A stretch of 55,619 nt of DNA from assembly GCA_963770935.1 (NCBI GenBank), contig CAVYRJ010000010.1:1-55619 (forward strand), read 5' to 3'. Of this stretch, positions 1 to 10,718 are shown piece after piece. How positions within the stretch are numbered: the stretch's first letter is position 1; every line of letters begins with the position of its first letter. The position numbers and the translations under genes were made by a program. The notes under the pieces are model-generated. The model did no database searches and had not been told where the DNA came from. It worked only from the letters and a program-made list of their open reading frames with translations. Origin of the DNA: Candidatus Bathyarchaeota archaeon (GTDB lineage: Archaea > Thermoproteota > Bathyarchaeia > Bathyarchaeales > Bathycorpusculaceae).

Positions 1-2
1 TA

Positions 3-1248
3 TTAGAAAACCTATCTAAAGGCAAAGTTGAAGAATGCGCTAAACATGTTGCTTGGATGCTGGATATAACCAAGGGGTATGCAATAAAAATCGTTAACCC
101 GGGAGGCTTGGAATCTTGGGGTTTCGGGCACAACGTCCACGGCATCGACAATGAGTTGAGCCAACTTCTGTATCACCCCACGCGAAATAATTTGTGGCTT
201 AGCCAAAGTCAATGCACTACTCAACCTGCCTCACTCCATACATCTTCACACTAACAACCTTGGGTTGCCTGGTAACTATACTACCACACTTGATACAATG
301 AAGGCGCTAGAAAGCGTACCTTACAACGGTAAACCCGTTGGCCACATTACTCACTTGCAGTTCGCGAGCTTCGCAGGCGACAGCTGGACACACTTTAATT
401 CAGCATCAGAAGAAATTTCAAATTACATTAACGCACACAACCACATGACCTTTGACATGGGCCAAGTCATATTTACAGACACCACTACCATGACTGCTGA
501 CGGACCCTTCGAGTTTTCACTATACGAATTAGGGGGCCACAACAAATGGGTCAACAGTGACATTGAAACGGAAACCAGCGGCGGAATAATACCCTTCCAC
601 TACAAGAAAAACAGCCCAGTAAACGCACTGCAATGGTCCATTGGACTGGAATTGGCTTTGCTCATTAAGGACCCCTGGAAAATGTTTATGACAACCGACC
701 ACCCCAACGGCGGACCCTTCTTTGCTTACCCACGTATTCTCGCTTGGCTATTCAGCAAGAAAGCACGCGAAGCAACACTCAAACATTGTAACAAGAGAGC
801 TCAGAAGAAGAGCTTGCTCCCAACAATTGACCGTGAAATGACCCTCTACGAAATAGCTATTATGACCCGCGCAGGACAAGCAAAAGCTTTAGGGCTTCCA
901 AATAAAGGCCAACTTGGCGTTGGCGCAGATGCAGACATCGCAATATACAACATTAACCCTGAAAAACTCGATATAGCCCAAAAATTCAAGATCGCACGCA
1001 AAGCCTTCAAACATGCATCCTACACCATCAAAGACGGCAAAATCGTCGTGAAAGACGGCGAAGTAGTAAACAACACCACACCTGGCAGAACCATGTGGCT
1101 TGATGTCCAAACCAAAGACCCCTGCGTAATTGACGAGGAAATGAGACGCAAATTCAAACAATACTGGACAGTTGAATACGACAATTACCCAGTGTTTGAC
1201 CATTATCTGAGGGTTCCAGAAAAATTAACCGTAAAGGCGAGTGTCTAA
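3..1248 (+). CDS. fwdA: Formylmethanofuran dehydrogenase subunit A (5'-truncated by window edge; apparent frameshift near 160)
   Basis: Joined reading KGYAIKIVNPGG...ITPREII...HSIHLHTNNLGLPGNY; later motifs TTDHPNGGPF, EIAIMTRAGQAKALGL, GADADIAIY. Confidence 0.93.
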
Positions 1249-2062
1249 TATGATCATCTTAATTCCCAAAAGAAAATTTGAGGTACCTGTCCAAGCAGCA
1301 TGCATCAGCCCAGACATATTCAAAGGAAAAGACACCGCCGAAATAGCAAACCTACCCATCACCGAAGGAAACCGCAACCTAAAACTCGGCGACCTCTTCG
1401 AAATCCAAGAAGACAACCTCGAAACACCCTATATCACCATAAACGGCGACGCAGGAAAAGTCAAACGAATCGGGTCAGCGATGAAAACTGGCGAAATCCT
1501 CATCAACGGCGACGCAGGCATGCATACAGGCGAAAAAATGGCCGGTGGCAAAATCACAGTAAACGGCAACATAGGCGGATGGTCAGGCAACGACATGAAA
1601 GGCGGCATAATCGAAGTCCATGGAGACGCAGGCGACTATTTAGCTTCCCCATACCGCGGCACAAGCACAGGCATGAAAGGAGGCGTAATAACTATCGACG
1701 GCAAAGTCGGAAGCGACTCCGGATGCTACCTGCACGGTGGCGTTCTCAAAATCAAAGGTGGCGCAGGAAGATTCCTCGGCTACCATATGAGCGATGGAGT
1801 AATCCTTGTTGATAAGGAAGTTGATGTCCGCCCAGGTGCACGTATGACCGGCGGCAAAATCGTTATCACAGGCAAAGTGGAAGAGGTAATGCCAACCTTC
1901 ACAATCGACAGTGTTAAACCCAAAGTCAAAATCGACGATACAACCTCAGCGGCGGGACCATTCTATGTGTTCCTTGGCGACCTAGCAGAACACGGCACAG
2001 GCAAAATCTTCGTTTCTAAAGCTAACAACCCGCAAATGAAGTTCTACGAAAAATACCTCTAA
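1241..2062 (+). CDS. fwdC: Formylmethanofuran dehydrogenase subunit C
   Basis: GxxMxGGxIxVxG beta-helix repeats; YRG...GMKGG; C-terminal FLGDLAEHGTG; overlaps fwdA stop. Confidence 0.93.
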   Translation: MSNMIILIPKRKFEVPVQAACISPDIFKGKDTAEIANLPITEGNRNLKLGDLFEIQEDNLETPYITINGDAGKVKRIGSAMKTGEILINGDAGMHTGEKMAGGKITVNGNIGGWSGNDMKGGIIEVHGDAGDYLASPYRGTSTGMKGGVITIDGKVGSDSGCYLHGGVLKIKGGAGRFLGYHMSDGVILVDKEVDVRPGARMTGGKIVITGKVEEVMPTFTIDSVKPKVKIDDTTSAAGPFYVFLGDLAEHGTGKIFVSKANNPQMKFYEKYL

Positions 2063-2179
2063 GTTCATTATTTAGGCTTTCAACACTTTGTTTCATTTTT
2101 AGCTCAACTGTAGATTGATCGGTGCTAACGAAGCCGAATACCTTATGAACATGGCTGATTCAAAATCAACGATACAAGA

Positions 2180-2977
2180 GTGAAGTTTATGCGTCAAGTT
2201 GACATGACTAGGCTTGACTTATCAACGGGAAAAGCAGAAAAAACTAAGGATTGCGTCGCAGAAGAGGTTCCTCTCCAAATCACCTTAAACACAGCTTACT
2301 CGTTTGTTATTTGGTGTTCACCTTCGCAATTCAAGGAACTGGCGGTTGGTTACTTACTCTCTGAGGACATTTTGCAGATCGGTGGATGAAATTCAAGAGT
2401 TGACCTCTAACGAAGCACAGATCAGCTGCCAAATCAAGCTAAAGCCAAGCGTGGACCTGGATGAACGCATGAAAAACTCGCGTCGAAGCACCCGCATTAT
2501 CCCACTCATTAAAGCCAGCACCTCAGCATACCAACATGACGAAAAAATCTCCAAAGTAAAATCCAAACTCACAATTAAAGCCCAAGTCATACTTGATGCC
2601 GTTAACCAAATGAACGAGAAAGCCAAAGGCTTCAAAGAAACCGGCGGCTTACATGACTCAGGCATCTTCAAAGCAGACGGCACCATGGTTGCCTTCTCCG
2701 AAGACGTGGGCAGACACAACACAGTTGACAAAGTCATCGGGCAAGCATCGCTTAGACAAAGTAGAATTTCGCTGAATGCTTCATGTTTATCACTGGTCGT
2801 GTGCCGGGTGACATGATTTACAAGGCAGCCAAAGTTGGTTTACCCATCGTGGCTTCGGGGGCCGCAGTTTTGAATTCTGGGGTTTCGTCGGCGGAAAAAG
2901 CCAATATTACGTTGGTTGGGTTTGTGCGGGGCAAACGCATGAACGTTTACACTTGTCCAGAGAGGATACTGCTGTAG
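2180..2977 (+). CDS. fdhD: FdhD/NarQ family cofactor-maturation protein (two apparent frameshifts, near 2375 and 2760)
   Basis: VAEEVPL, ELAVGYLLSE, FKETGGLH, EDVGRHNTVDKVIG, TGRVP, TLVGFVRGKRMNVY. Confidence 0.88.
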
Positions 2978-4260
2978 GTGCTCACTGTGAATAGACCAGA
3001 CATTAAACGCTTGCCCAAACGCACAAACCCCATGGAGGCACAAAAACAGCTACTTGATGCTGTCCACTCAAACGTAATGTCAAGCGAAAAGGTACCGTTG
3101 CAAGACGCGTTAGGCAGAGTCTTAGCGCATGAAGCTGTTTCGAATGTTAACATTCCTGATTACGATAAAACCTTCATCGACGGCTATGCGATCAACACAT
3201 CTGACACCAAAGGCGCCTCAACCGCCAAACCTGCTGCCTTCAGAGTTATCGGTAAACTATTCCCAGCCGACTACCCGACCCCAATCGAAGTCACCCATGG
3301 CAAAACCGTCTACGTCGCATGCGGAGCACCCATCCCCAAAGGCTCAACCGCTACAGTGAAAGTCGAAGAAACCCGCTTAAACGGTGACCAAATCGAAGTT
3401 ATCCGAGAAATCCAGCCAGGCGAAGGAATAATTCCGCTTGGAGACGACATGAAAAAAGGCGATTTGCTCCTCAAAAAAGGACAGGTTTTAAGACCCCAAG
3501 ACATCGGCATCCTTGCATCCATTGGACTTCTTGAGGCTGAAGTGGTTAAGAAACCAAAAATCGCCATACTTTCAGGCGGAGACGAACTCATAAAGCAATG
3601 CGATAAAAACCCCGAGAAAATCGCCAATAATTACGCTCTTGTCGTTGCAGGTTTAGCCTCTGAACTTGGCGCCGAAGCGGAAATAGCAGGAATTATGCCA
3701 GATGCCTTGGAAAAAGTCACAGCAGAAAATCACTGAAGCCCTCGCCAAAGCAGATGTTGTTGTTACGATTGGCGGGTCATCGGTTGGCGTTAAAGATTTT
3801 GTTCCAGACGCTGTCAACGCTCTGGGAAAGCCAGGCGTGGTTGTGCAGGGAGTCTCGCTGCGACCAGGCGCAATCTCAGGTTTCGGCATAGTGAACGGCA
3901 AACCCGTGGTTATGCTGCCAGGGCATATTGGCTCATGCATCGCTGGATTCTACCTTTTCGCGGCGCCCTCTAATCAGCCGCCTCCTCGGCTATGAAGGCG
4001 ATGGGTTGCTTCCGAAACTGACTGCTGTATTAGCGGAGGATTTGGAGACTGGTCCGCAATTCCGTTTCCAGCTTGTCCACATAAAACGGGTTAATGGGAA
4101 ACTTGTGGCGGAACAAGTTGAAGGCGGCTCCAGTGCCCTGACTACAATCGTTAAATCAAATGGGTACACAATAGTTCCATCCCACACAACGCTGGTAAAA
4201 GGCATCGAAATTGATATTTGCTTGTTTGGTAAACTTGAGTTCTCCAAAATGAGTGTTTAA
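2978..4260 (+). CDS. moeA: Molybdopterin molybdotransferase (apparent frameshifts near 3725 and 3965)
   Basis: ALGRVLA, DGYA, CGAPIPKG, SGGDEL, GGSSVGVKDF, MLPGH, GSSALTTIVKSNGY. Confidence 0.9.
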
Positions 4261-5345
4261 GAAACTTTACGGGAATACCTGTGTGTGTGGCTTTGTTTTC
4301 CCATAGCCCATGACTCGCACCAAGCCTTGTCTGCCAACGCTCGCTCAGCAAGGAGCAAACAGCGGTTGTTTTCGTAGACTTCGGCTTCCTGTCGGTAGTT
4401 GTTTGCTGCCCGTAGATAAGTTTCTTTGCCTTCAAAATCCAATACCGCGCCCGATTTGGATTCCAATTGTTTGTGTGCCAAAGTTAACAAAACCTCTCCA
4501 AGGTTTTCTTTAGCTAATGCAGCCCAAAAAAAAGAATCACAAACTTCAAAGTTGCTCGAACAAAACGCAAAAATTTTCTGAGCATCCAAAACCTTGCCAT
4601 CATGGAACATCTTAGTTCCCTCTCTAAGAAGCCGTAAATCACAAATCGACGAAACCCCCAAGTTTAGCGTCACGTTTTCCATAACTGGTCCATGGGAAAG
4701 GTGGATTTGCAGCCGTTTTAAGTCTTCTTTGGAGTTTATGTTTATAAAGCTTCTAAGTTGTGGGTCAAGATTTTTTATGTGGTTAACCGGGGAAACAAGC
4801 AGGGTTTTGCTGGCACCCCTTGGGATGTCGTCTGAGCGTGGACGATTAAGCGTGCACAATGTTTCTGTGATTTCTAAGGCGCTAGGGCGTTCAAGCACCA
4901 TCATGAGAGTTTCAAGCCTCCCGTTAGGCCACATTGGAACAGCCATCTCAAACCCCTCTGCCTCGTCGAACAAATATTCAGCAACTTTCGGGTTCAGAAA
5001 AGGCATGTCGCAGGGCAAAGTAAGGCAATAATCTGATTGAAGAGCCTTTAGCCCCGTCATAATTGCTAAGTTGGGACCGCTGATATGACTGATTTTCTCA
5101 TCAACAACAATCCTGAAATTAGAAACCGAGTATTTTTCTAAAATTTCAACATATCCTGCCTTTCGTTCTTCGTCATTTACGCATACAACGACTTCGTCAA
5201 CAACGTTTCGAACGTTTTGGATGGCGTGAATAAGCAGGGGTTTTCCATTGAGTTCTGCAAGGGCTTTGTCCTGCCAGTTTTGACCCTTCGATTGGAACCT
5301 GCGGGCTTTTCCACCTGCCAGTATGAGTGCAGCCCGTTTGAACAT
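4257..5345 (-). CDS. mobA: Molybdenum cofactor guanylyltransferase with a C-terminal helical extension of about 140 aa
   Basis: LILAGGKARRF, DKAL, GP..AIMTGL, LPCDMPF, FININSKEDL. Confidence 0.85.
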   Translation of the reverse strand: MFKRAALILAGGKARRFQSKGQNWQDKALAELNGKPLLIHAIQNVRNVVDEVVVCVNDEERKAGYVEILEKYSVSNFRIVVDEKISHISGPNLAIMTGLKALQSDYCLTLPCDMPFLNPKVAEYLFDEAEGFEMAVPMWPNGRLETLMMVLERPSALEITETLCTLNRPRSDDIPRGASKTLLVSPVNHIKNLDPQLRSFININSKEDLKRLQIHLSHGPVMENVTLNLGVSSICDLRLLREGTKMFHDGKVLDAQKIFAFCSSNFEVCDSFFWAALAKENLGEVLLTLAHKQLESKSGAVLDFEGKETYLRAANNYRQEAEVYENNRCLLLAERALADKAWCESWAMGKQSHTHRYSRKVS

Positions 5346-5354
5346 GCCGCTTCC

Positions 5355-5918
5355 TCAATTTGAACTTTTTTGGTCTGGCTTCATTTCAAATTGTTTTTTG
5401 ACTAATGCCACCAGTTTTTGTCCTTCTTCTGGAATTTTAATTATTGGAATCTCCTTGTACGAGGAGTCCGTAGCAGTCTTGGCGACTATTCCTGTAATCG
5501 CTATAATGGGGTCTACAGTACCTTCCAAAGTTTCCGCCAAGCCATCCTGGTTTTTTGCAGTAATTATCTTGGCTACGTCCTCTCTTTTGGCGATCAAACT
5601 ATGGAAACCCTCGATAAAGACAATATCCAGTCTCTCATTTGCAATTAATGTTGTCATCTGGTCTAATTCGTTGAGTGCTAACTCGGTTTTTTTGATTATG
5701 GCTACCTCTTCTGGCGATACGGCTACTATGACTTTGGCACCTGCTTTGGCATATCTCCAAGTGTTCGTGCCCTCTTTGTCCATGGTAAAACCTTTATGGT
5801 GTACATGTTTTATTGAACCGATTTTGTAGCCTTCTGCCGATAGTTGAGAAATTAAGTATTCTAATGTGACTGTTTTTCCTGAACCGCTGACGCCGACGGC
5901 GGCGATAACTAAAACCGT
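5355..5918 (-). CDS. mobB: Molybdopterin-guanine dinucleotide biosynthesis protein B, copy 1 (apparent start is ACG)
   Basis: Open frame upstream of the tracked ORF gives VLVIAAVGVSGSGKT...GYKIGSIKHVHH...MDKEGTNTWR; IEGF motif. Confidence 0.85.
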   Translation of the reverse strand, partial: TVLVIAAVGVSGSGKTVTLEYLISQLSAEGYKIGSIKHVHHKGFTMDKEGTNTWRYAKAGAKVIVAVSPEEVAIIKKTELALNELDQMTTLIANERLDIVFIEGFHSLIAKREDVAKIITAKNQDGLAETLEGTVDPIIAITGIVAKTATDSSYKEIPIIKIPEEGQKLVALVKKQFEMKPDQKSSN

Positions 5919-6203
5919 TACCTTTCACACTCCGCTTCTGAATCAACGGGGTTTGGCTTTTATAAATTATACCTAAACTCCACTTAATCTTGACATGTTT
6001 AGACTCAAATATCCAAACTATGCAGAAAATTATAGGTGAAGGGTAGGGGCAAAACAAGCAAAGCGCTTAGGATAGGTGGGGAGGGGATGTATTGTAAAAT
6101 TGTCTTCCGTCATTACCTAATAAACATAACTCTCCCGAAAAGCCAGCCAAAGCAAGCATTAAGCTTAATTTTCCACACACCCATACACAAGCAGTGAAAC
6201 AAT

Positions 6204-6533
6204 ATGTGTCCCCTGCGCTACGCAATTAAACTCTGGATGGTCAACGACAAAAACGAAGCCGTCTTCGGCGACGGCTTAGCCGAACTCCTACAAGAAATCT
6301 CTGAGTACCACTCTATTCTGAAGGCAGCCCAGCATGTAGGCATGTCTTACCGCTATGCGCTACACAGAATCACGCTAGCTGAGGAGAGGCTTGGGCAACT
6401 TCTGGTTACGCGAACTCGCGGCGGCGCCAAAGGCGGCGGGTCCTCTGAAGTTACCGAGTTCGGCAGGGATTTGGTGGTTCGTTTTAAAAAGGCTCAGGTG
6501 AACCTTGATGGGGTCGTAAGCGAGCTTCCATAG
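6204..6533 (+). CDS. modE: ModE-family wHTH regulator (DNA-binding domain only, no molbindin domain)
   Basis: VFGDGLAELL..I....SI..AA...GMSYRYA...I...E..LG..LV...RGG..GG.S.VT. Confidence 0.85.
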   Translation: MCPLRYAIKLWMVNDKNEAVFGDGLAELLQEISEYHSILKAAQHVGMSYRYALHRITLAEERLGQLLVTRTRGGAKGGGSSEVTEFGRDLVVRFKKAQVNLDGVVSELP

Positions 6534-6569
6534 ACAGTTTTGTTGTGGTGGGATAAGGTTTATTTTTAG

Positions 6570-6593
6570 CGATGTTACAAGTTGATAACATCG
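6570..6593 (+). promoter_or_regulatory. ModE-like operator just downstream of a TATA-like box
   Basis: Perfect palindrome CGATGTTA-N8-TAACATCG right after AAGGTTTATTTT and 10 nt before the ATG at 6604. Confidence 0.65.
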
Positions 6594-6603
6594 ATGTTTT
6601 GCT

Positions 6604-7177
6604 ATGGACCCCCAAAACCAATACCTGCAAAAAAGCTACCTCAAAATAGCCACGAGCCGATTTAGTGTTGATGGCGCTTTTTGCAAGTTTAGGTTTAGCC
6701 ACAAAAAACGTCATCCATCCCCTTGTCGCAACTATTACGGGGCCTCTTTATGTACCCACGGGAGCAGTTGCAGGCGGCATTTACATGATGTGGCCTGTGC
6801 TCGCGCATGGGTTAACGCGCAAAATCGGCGCAGCGTCCATGGTTTCACTTATACAGGCCTTCATAAGCCTGCTTTTGCCATTCGGCAACTTTGGACTGCT
6901 ATCATTCGTGATCTATCTGGCACCCGGGTTAGCTATAGATGCTTTCCTGTTGCTTTCAAGACACAAAGCCTGCTGCATAGCTTGCTGTACCGGAGCATCA
7001 GCAATTGCTAACGTCGTCGGAACCATTCTGGTTGGCACATTGGTGCTGTTTTTGCCTTTGGGTGCGTTGACGTTTTTAGCGGTGGTTGCAGCAATTAGCG
7101 GTTGTATCGGCGGTTTCATCGCAAACATGCTTTTGACTCGTATAGGAAAACTTGGCTTAAGGAGACAGAAAACATGA
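6604..7177 (+). CDS. ECF-transporter S-component-like membrane protein with a CCxxCC motif (apparent frameshift near 6655)
   Basis: About 6 TM helices; N-terminal T.DLVLMALFASLG signature typical of S components; HKACCIACCTG. Confidence 0.7.
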
Positions 7178-7682
7178 AACGAAGCATAATCATAGTGGTA
7201 GTGATTTTTGTCTTTTATTGGTTGCGGTCATGCCGCTTTACAACTACACTCACCCACAATCAGGCACAACAGACGAAGCGTCACTGCAAATTCGAGGCGA
7301 AGTCGTCAACCTAACAAACATAACGTTGACACAGCTAAAAAGCTACACGTCGACCACAGTGCAGGTTACGCTTTCCTCCAGCAGCCGACCCCAAGACAAC
7401 GGCGTGTTCGACTACACAGGCGTCACATTAAAAACGTTGCTGGATAAAGCCCAAGCATCAGCCAATGCCACATCCGTTTATGTGCAAGCCTCAGACGGTT
7501 ACGGGTCAACAATCCCAATCCAAGATGCTCTAAACGAAAACACCATAATCGCATACCAACGCAACGGCACAGCCCTTACAATGCTAAAAGACAATGGGGA
7601 AGGACCACTCCGACTAATCATTGCCAACGACCAGTTTGCGCAGAGATGGATTCGAGGCGTGGCAGCTATAGAGGTTCGCTGA
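7174..7682 (+). CDS. Membrane-anchored single-domain sulfite-oxidase/MsrP-fold (Oxidored_molyb) protein (frameshift near 7210)
   Basis: ATGA overlap with the S-component stop; hydrophobic N-terminus; YTGVTL..LL, ASDGY, AYQRNG, GEGPLRL, RWIRGV..IEV. Confidence 0.78.
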
Positions 7683-8184
7683 GGGCTTTTTGCTCCACCA
7701 AATCAGCCAACTCCTTAACGGCTGAGAAACTGTTAATTGTTGGTACCTTTAGGTTGGAGGCTTTTTGAGTTTGATTTTCGGATTGGGTTATTATGCCTGA
7801 GATGGCGATGACGGAGTTGTCAAGGTAGCTTTTGGCTTCCTCCACGGTTTTAGCCGCTATGATTTTGGGCAAGATTTTTTCTGTTTCAAACCCTTCTAAA
7901 ACCACGTAATCCATCATATTGCAGTATGGCAAAATCTCGTGCAAGTTGAGGCGTTTTTTTATGAAAACCACCGTTTCCTGTCTTGGAACTGCCACAACGA
8001 TTTCTGCTCCCGCTTGCGTGTACCTGTCGGTTTCAGTTTGAGGAGTGTCAAGCGTGGGAATACGAACCATCTCCTTGATTGTGCCAACACGGTAGCCGCG
8101 GCAATTTAACTCAGCGATTAAGTGCTCTATAATTGTGGTTTTTCCTGAATGTTTTCCTCCGATGACTGCAACTATTTTAGGCAT
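7666..8184 (-). CDS. mobB: Molybdopterin-guanine dinucleotide biosynthesis protein B, copy 2
   Basis: VIGGKHSGKTT, GYRVGTIK, LEGF. Confidence 0.85.
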   Translation of the reverse strand: MPKIVAVIGGKHSGKTTIIEHLIAELNCRGYRVGTIKEMVRIPTLDTPQTETDRYTQAGAEIVVAVPRQETVVFIKKRLNLHEILPYCNMMDYVVLEGFETEKILPKIIAAKTVEEAKSYLDNSVIAISGIITQSENQTQKASNLKVPTINSFSAVKELADLVEQKALSEPL

Positions 8185-8239
8185 TTTTGCATCGATACAG
8201 TGTTAGCGCTAATGTTTGATATATGCCTTAATGCAACAG

Positions 8240-9260
8240 CTATGCTTCTACGACTTTTGCATCTTTGAGCACGTTAACTTTTCCGTCGCCTTGAGTTACG
8301 TAGCCGACTTCGCAGAACGTAATTTTGCGTTTAGAGAGCTCACTTTGAAGGTCATCAGCGTCTTGTTTCCCGACGGCGATAAGCATACCGCCGGCTGTTT
8401 CTTTGGATTCGCCAGTCAACAACGGATACCCAAAAATGTCGGTCAACGTGGGAGTACCGCGGATAACCCATAATTTATCTATAACTATGTCAACTTTGCC
8501 CAGCATCGCCATGTTAGCCGCATGACCTTTGAGCCCAAACCCCGTAACATCGGTTGCTGCATGAACGGGCACTTGCTGCATGGCTTCCGCCACAGGCTTA
8601 TTAGAAGTAATCATGCTCGTCGATTGCTTGGCTAACCGCTGCCTCAACCAAATCCTCAGGTACACCTTCCAAGAGTTCTTTGCCTTCCTCTTCTTTGCGA
8701 AGACGGTAAGCGGCCATGGCAGGCGCAATCCCCAATGGCTTAGTTAGGAAGAGTTTGTCGCCGACTTGAGCGCCACGGGTGTACACTATTTTTTCGGGGT
8801 CGCCGATGCCGGTTGCTGCACCGCCGATGATAGGCCAGGGGTTGCGGATAGTGTGTCCGCCGACGACTGGGGCGCCCATTTCGCGGCAGAAATCTCCAAG
8901 CCCTTTAAGCATGCCAACGGCTAATTCGTCAGGCATATTTTCAGGATAAGCCATAATCGTCAGAACACTTGGAATCTTTGTGACGGCTAGGGCGTAGATA
9001 TCGCTGGTTACGTTGCTGCCAGCTATTCGACCTTGAATTTCAGGCTCGTCAACCATCGGAGTGAAAAAGTCCAGAGTATTTAGCACCGCCATGCCTTCGG
9101 CGATTTTGACGACGCTGCTGTTTTCCCAAGCGCCAGCTAAAACGTCCTCTTCGTATCCGCAGCTTAACCCAGCTTTTTCCAGTAAACCGCCGAGTTGGTA
9201 CTGGGGGAGTTTACAGCTACAGCCGTGGACGGGGACAACTTTAGTTAACCTATAACTCAT
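8240..9260 (-). CDS. selD: Selenophosphate synthetase, Cys-type (apparent frameshift near 8615)
   Basis: HGCSCKL N-terminus, LDFFTPMVD, NVTSDIYA, VGGHT, LTKPLG, ATDVTGFGL.GH, ETAGGMLI. Confidence 0.9.
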
Positions 9261-9286
9261 TTTGTTTTTCTCCTCTGTAATTTACT

Positions 9287-9301
9287 ATTAAATAAGTTGA
9301 T
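9287..9301 (-). promoter_or_regulatory. Putative LysR box upstream of selD
   Basis: ATTA-N7-TGAT (T-N11-A) between a TATA-like element and the start codon; similar boxes at 10676 and 11337. Confidence 0.45.
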
Positions 9302-9340
9302 GTGACGATATAAAAATTTAATAAAGAAAAAGACAGGAGT

Positions 9341-10633
9341 CTACTGCTCCTTTTTGCTCTGGATAATTTCTAGGAAAGCTTCAACACGGGTTTTGATTTG
9401 CGTAGCATCACCCATCGCGTAGTCGGTTTCGATTTTCAGCATCGGTATGTTTTCCGACTTCAATGCTCGGTCCACTTTGACGCCCTCCACGTTGTAGTCA
9501 TGACAGTTCTGCAATGTATAGTAGATTACGCCGTCAGCTCGAAATTGCTTAGCAAGGTCCCTGACGCTTTGGATTCTGCGGTCGTTGGGCGTAAAGCATG
9601 CACAGGAAATCTTGCTGTATTTCTCCACTATAGCCCACAACAAGTCGTCGAGGCTGTCACTTTTAGGCTCCACCAAATTCGTGAAGTAGCGGGTGCCCAC
9701 GCAGCTTTCTTCGGTAACCACGGTGGCGCCGGCTTCTTGAGCGATACTATGTAGTTTCCAGTTGGGAATAGCCATAGGGCAACCTGAAATCATCAATCGT
9801 GGCGCATCTTTGGGGGCAACGTCGACGCCGTTTTTGACGCGTTCGTCGAGTTCATCGCAGAGTTCGTTAACTTTGGCGGTGAAGCGAACGGGGTCATCGT
9901 TGAAGCTGATTTGGTAGATGAGCAACGCATCTAAACCACTAATGGGGGATGGATTATTCTGGCGTAGATCAGAGAGGCGTTTGAGAGCTTTACGTTTGTT
10001 GTTAATTAACTCGATTGATGCTTTGAGTTTCTCCGCGGTTATCTTATTGCCGGTGAGTTCTTCCATTTTGGCTTTGAAGGCTTCAACTTCTTTTAACCAG
10101 AATTCTTTGCCTTGTTGAGTGTCTGGTTTATGGGGGATTTCAATAACATAGGTTGGGATAAGTTCGTTTAAGAGTTCGTAGACTTTCTTTTTGCCGTCGC
10201 AGGTGGTTTCACCTACGACGAGGTCGCTGGTTTGGAAATAAGGGCAGGTTTTGTTGAGTTTGAAGCCATAAAAAGATTTGATTAAAGGGCAGAGGTTGCG
10301 GGGTATTATTGCTTCAGCGTCGGGGATAGAGAAATCTGCGCCACCGCACAACCCAACCATTGTTGCGTCCGCCGCGTATGCGAGTTCTTCTGGTGCATAG
10401 ATGCAGAATGCGCCAACTACTTTTTTCCCTGCTTTTCTAGAATCGTTGAGTTCTTTTATTCTTAAGCCGTGGATTTCTGAGACGACGAAGTCAAAGTAAC
10501 CCATTGCTTTTGGTCTGTTCTTCTGGGTTAGGTATATGGCTCCGTAGTACTGTCCTAGGATGTCAAGGAGTTGGTTGTGTCTTTCAATATCCATTCCGAG
10601 AGATTTCCACATTTCTAAATATTTTTCTGCCAT
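9341..10633 (-). CDS. Double-cubane-cluster protein / 2-hydroxyacyl-CoA dehydratase family reductase
   Basis: GAFCIY, GLCGG, NLCPLIK, CPYF, ETTCDGKKK, SGCP, EESCVG, CACFTPN, QNCH, IETDY, TRVEAFLE. Confidence 0.85.
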   Translation of the reverse strand: MAEKYLEMWKSLGMDIERHNQLLDILGQYYGAIYLTQKNRPKAMGYFDFVVSEIHGLRIKELNDSRKAGKKVVGAFCIYAPEELAYAADATMVGLCGGADFSIPDAEAIIPRNLCPLIKSFYGFKLNKTCPYFQTSDLVVGETTCDGKKKVYELLNELIPTYVIEIPHKPDTQQGKEFWLKEVEAFKAKMEELTGNKITAEKLKASIELINNKRKALKRLSDLRQNNPSPISGLDALLIYQISFNDDPVRFTAKVNELCDELDERVKNGVDVAPKDAPRLMISGCPMAIPNWKLHSIAQEAGATVVTEESCVGTRYFTNLVEPKSDSLDDLLWAIVEKYSKISCACFTPNDRRIQSVRDLAKQFRADGVIYYTLQNCHDYNVEGVKVDRALKSENIPMLKIETDYAMGDATQIKTRVEAFLEIIQSKKEQ

Positions 10634-10675
10634 AAACAATCACAAACCGTTGGAACGGGTATTAAAAATCACACT

Positions 10676-10690
10676 ATTAAAATTTTTGAT
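10676..10690 (-). promoter_or_regulatory. Putative LysR box upstream of the double-cubane protein gene
   Basis: ATTA-AAATTTT-TGAT, preceded by ACT as at the selD site. Confidence 0.45.
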
Positions 10691-10718
10691 AAACATTATT
10701 AGAAATATTGATGAAGAC

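Noticed and set aside
1300-1812. Arg-rich and other alternative-frame or antisense ORFs in the track (for example 4594-5031, 5323-5829, 21153-21635, 35748-36158)
   Set aside because: Shadows of well-supported genes with no motifs of their own.
2304-3995. Programmed ribosomal frameshifting in fdhD, moeA or selD
   Set aside because: No shared slippery sequence, and the same kind of break occurs in essential genes, so sequencing error is simpler.
9200-9260. Selenocysteine in SelD, TusA, DsrE or the DCCP
   Set aside because: Active-site codons are TGT/TGC; no in-frame TGA at conserved Cys positions and no convincing SECIS seen.
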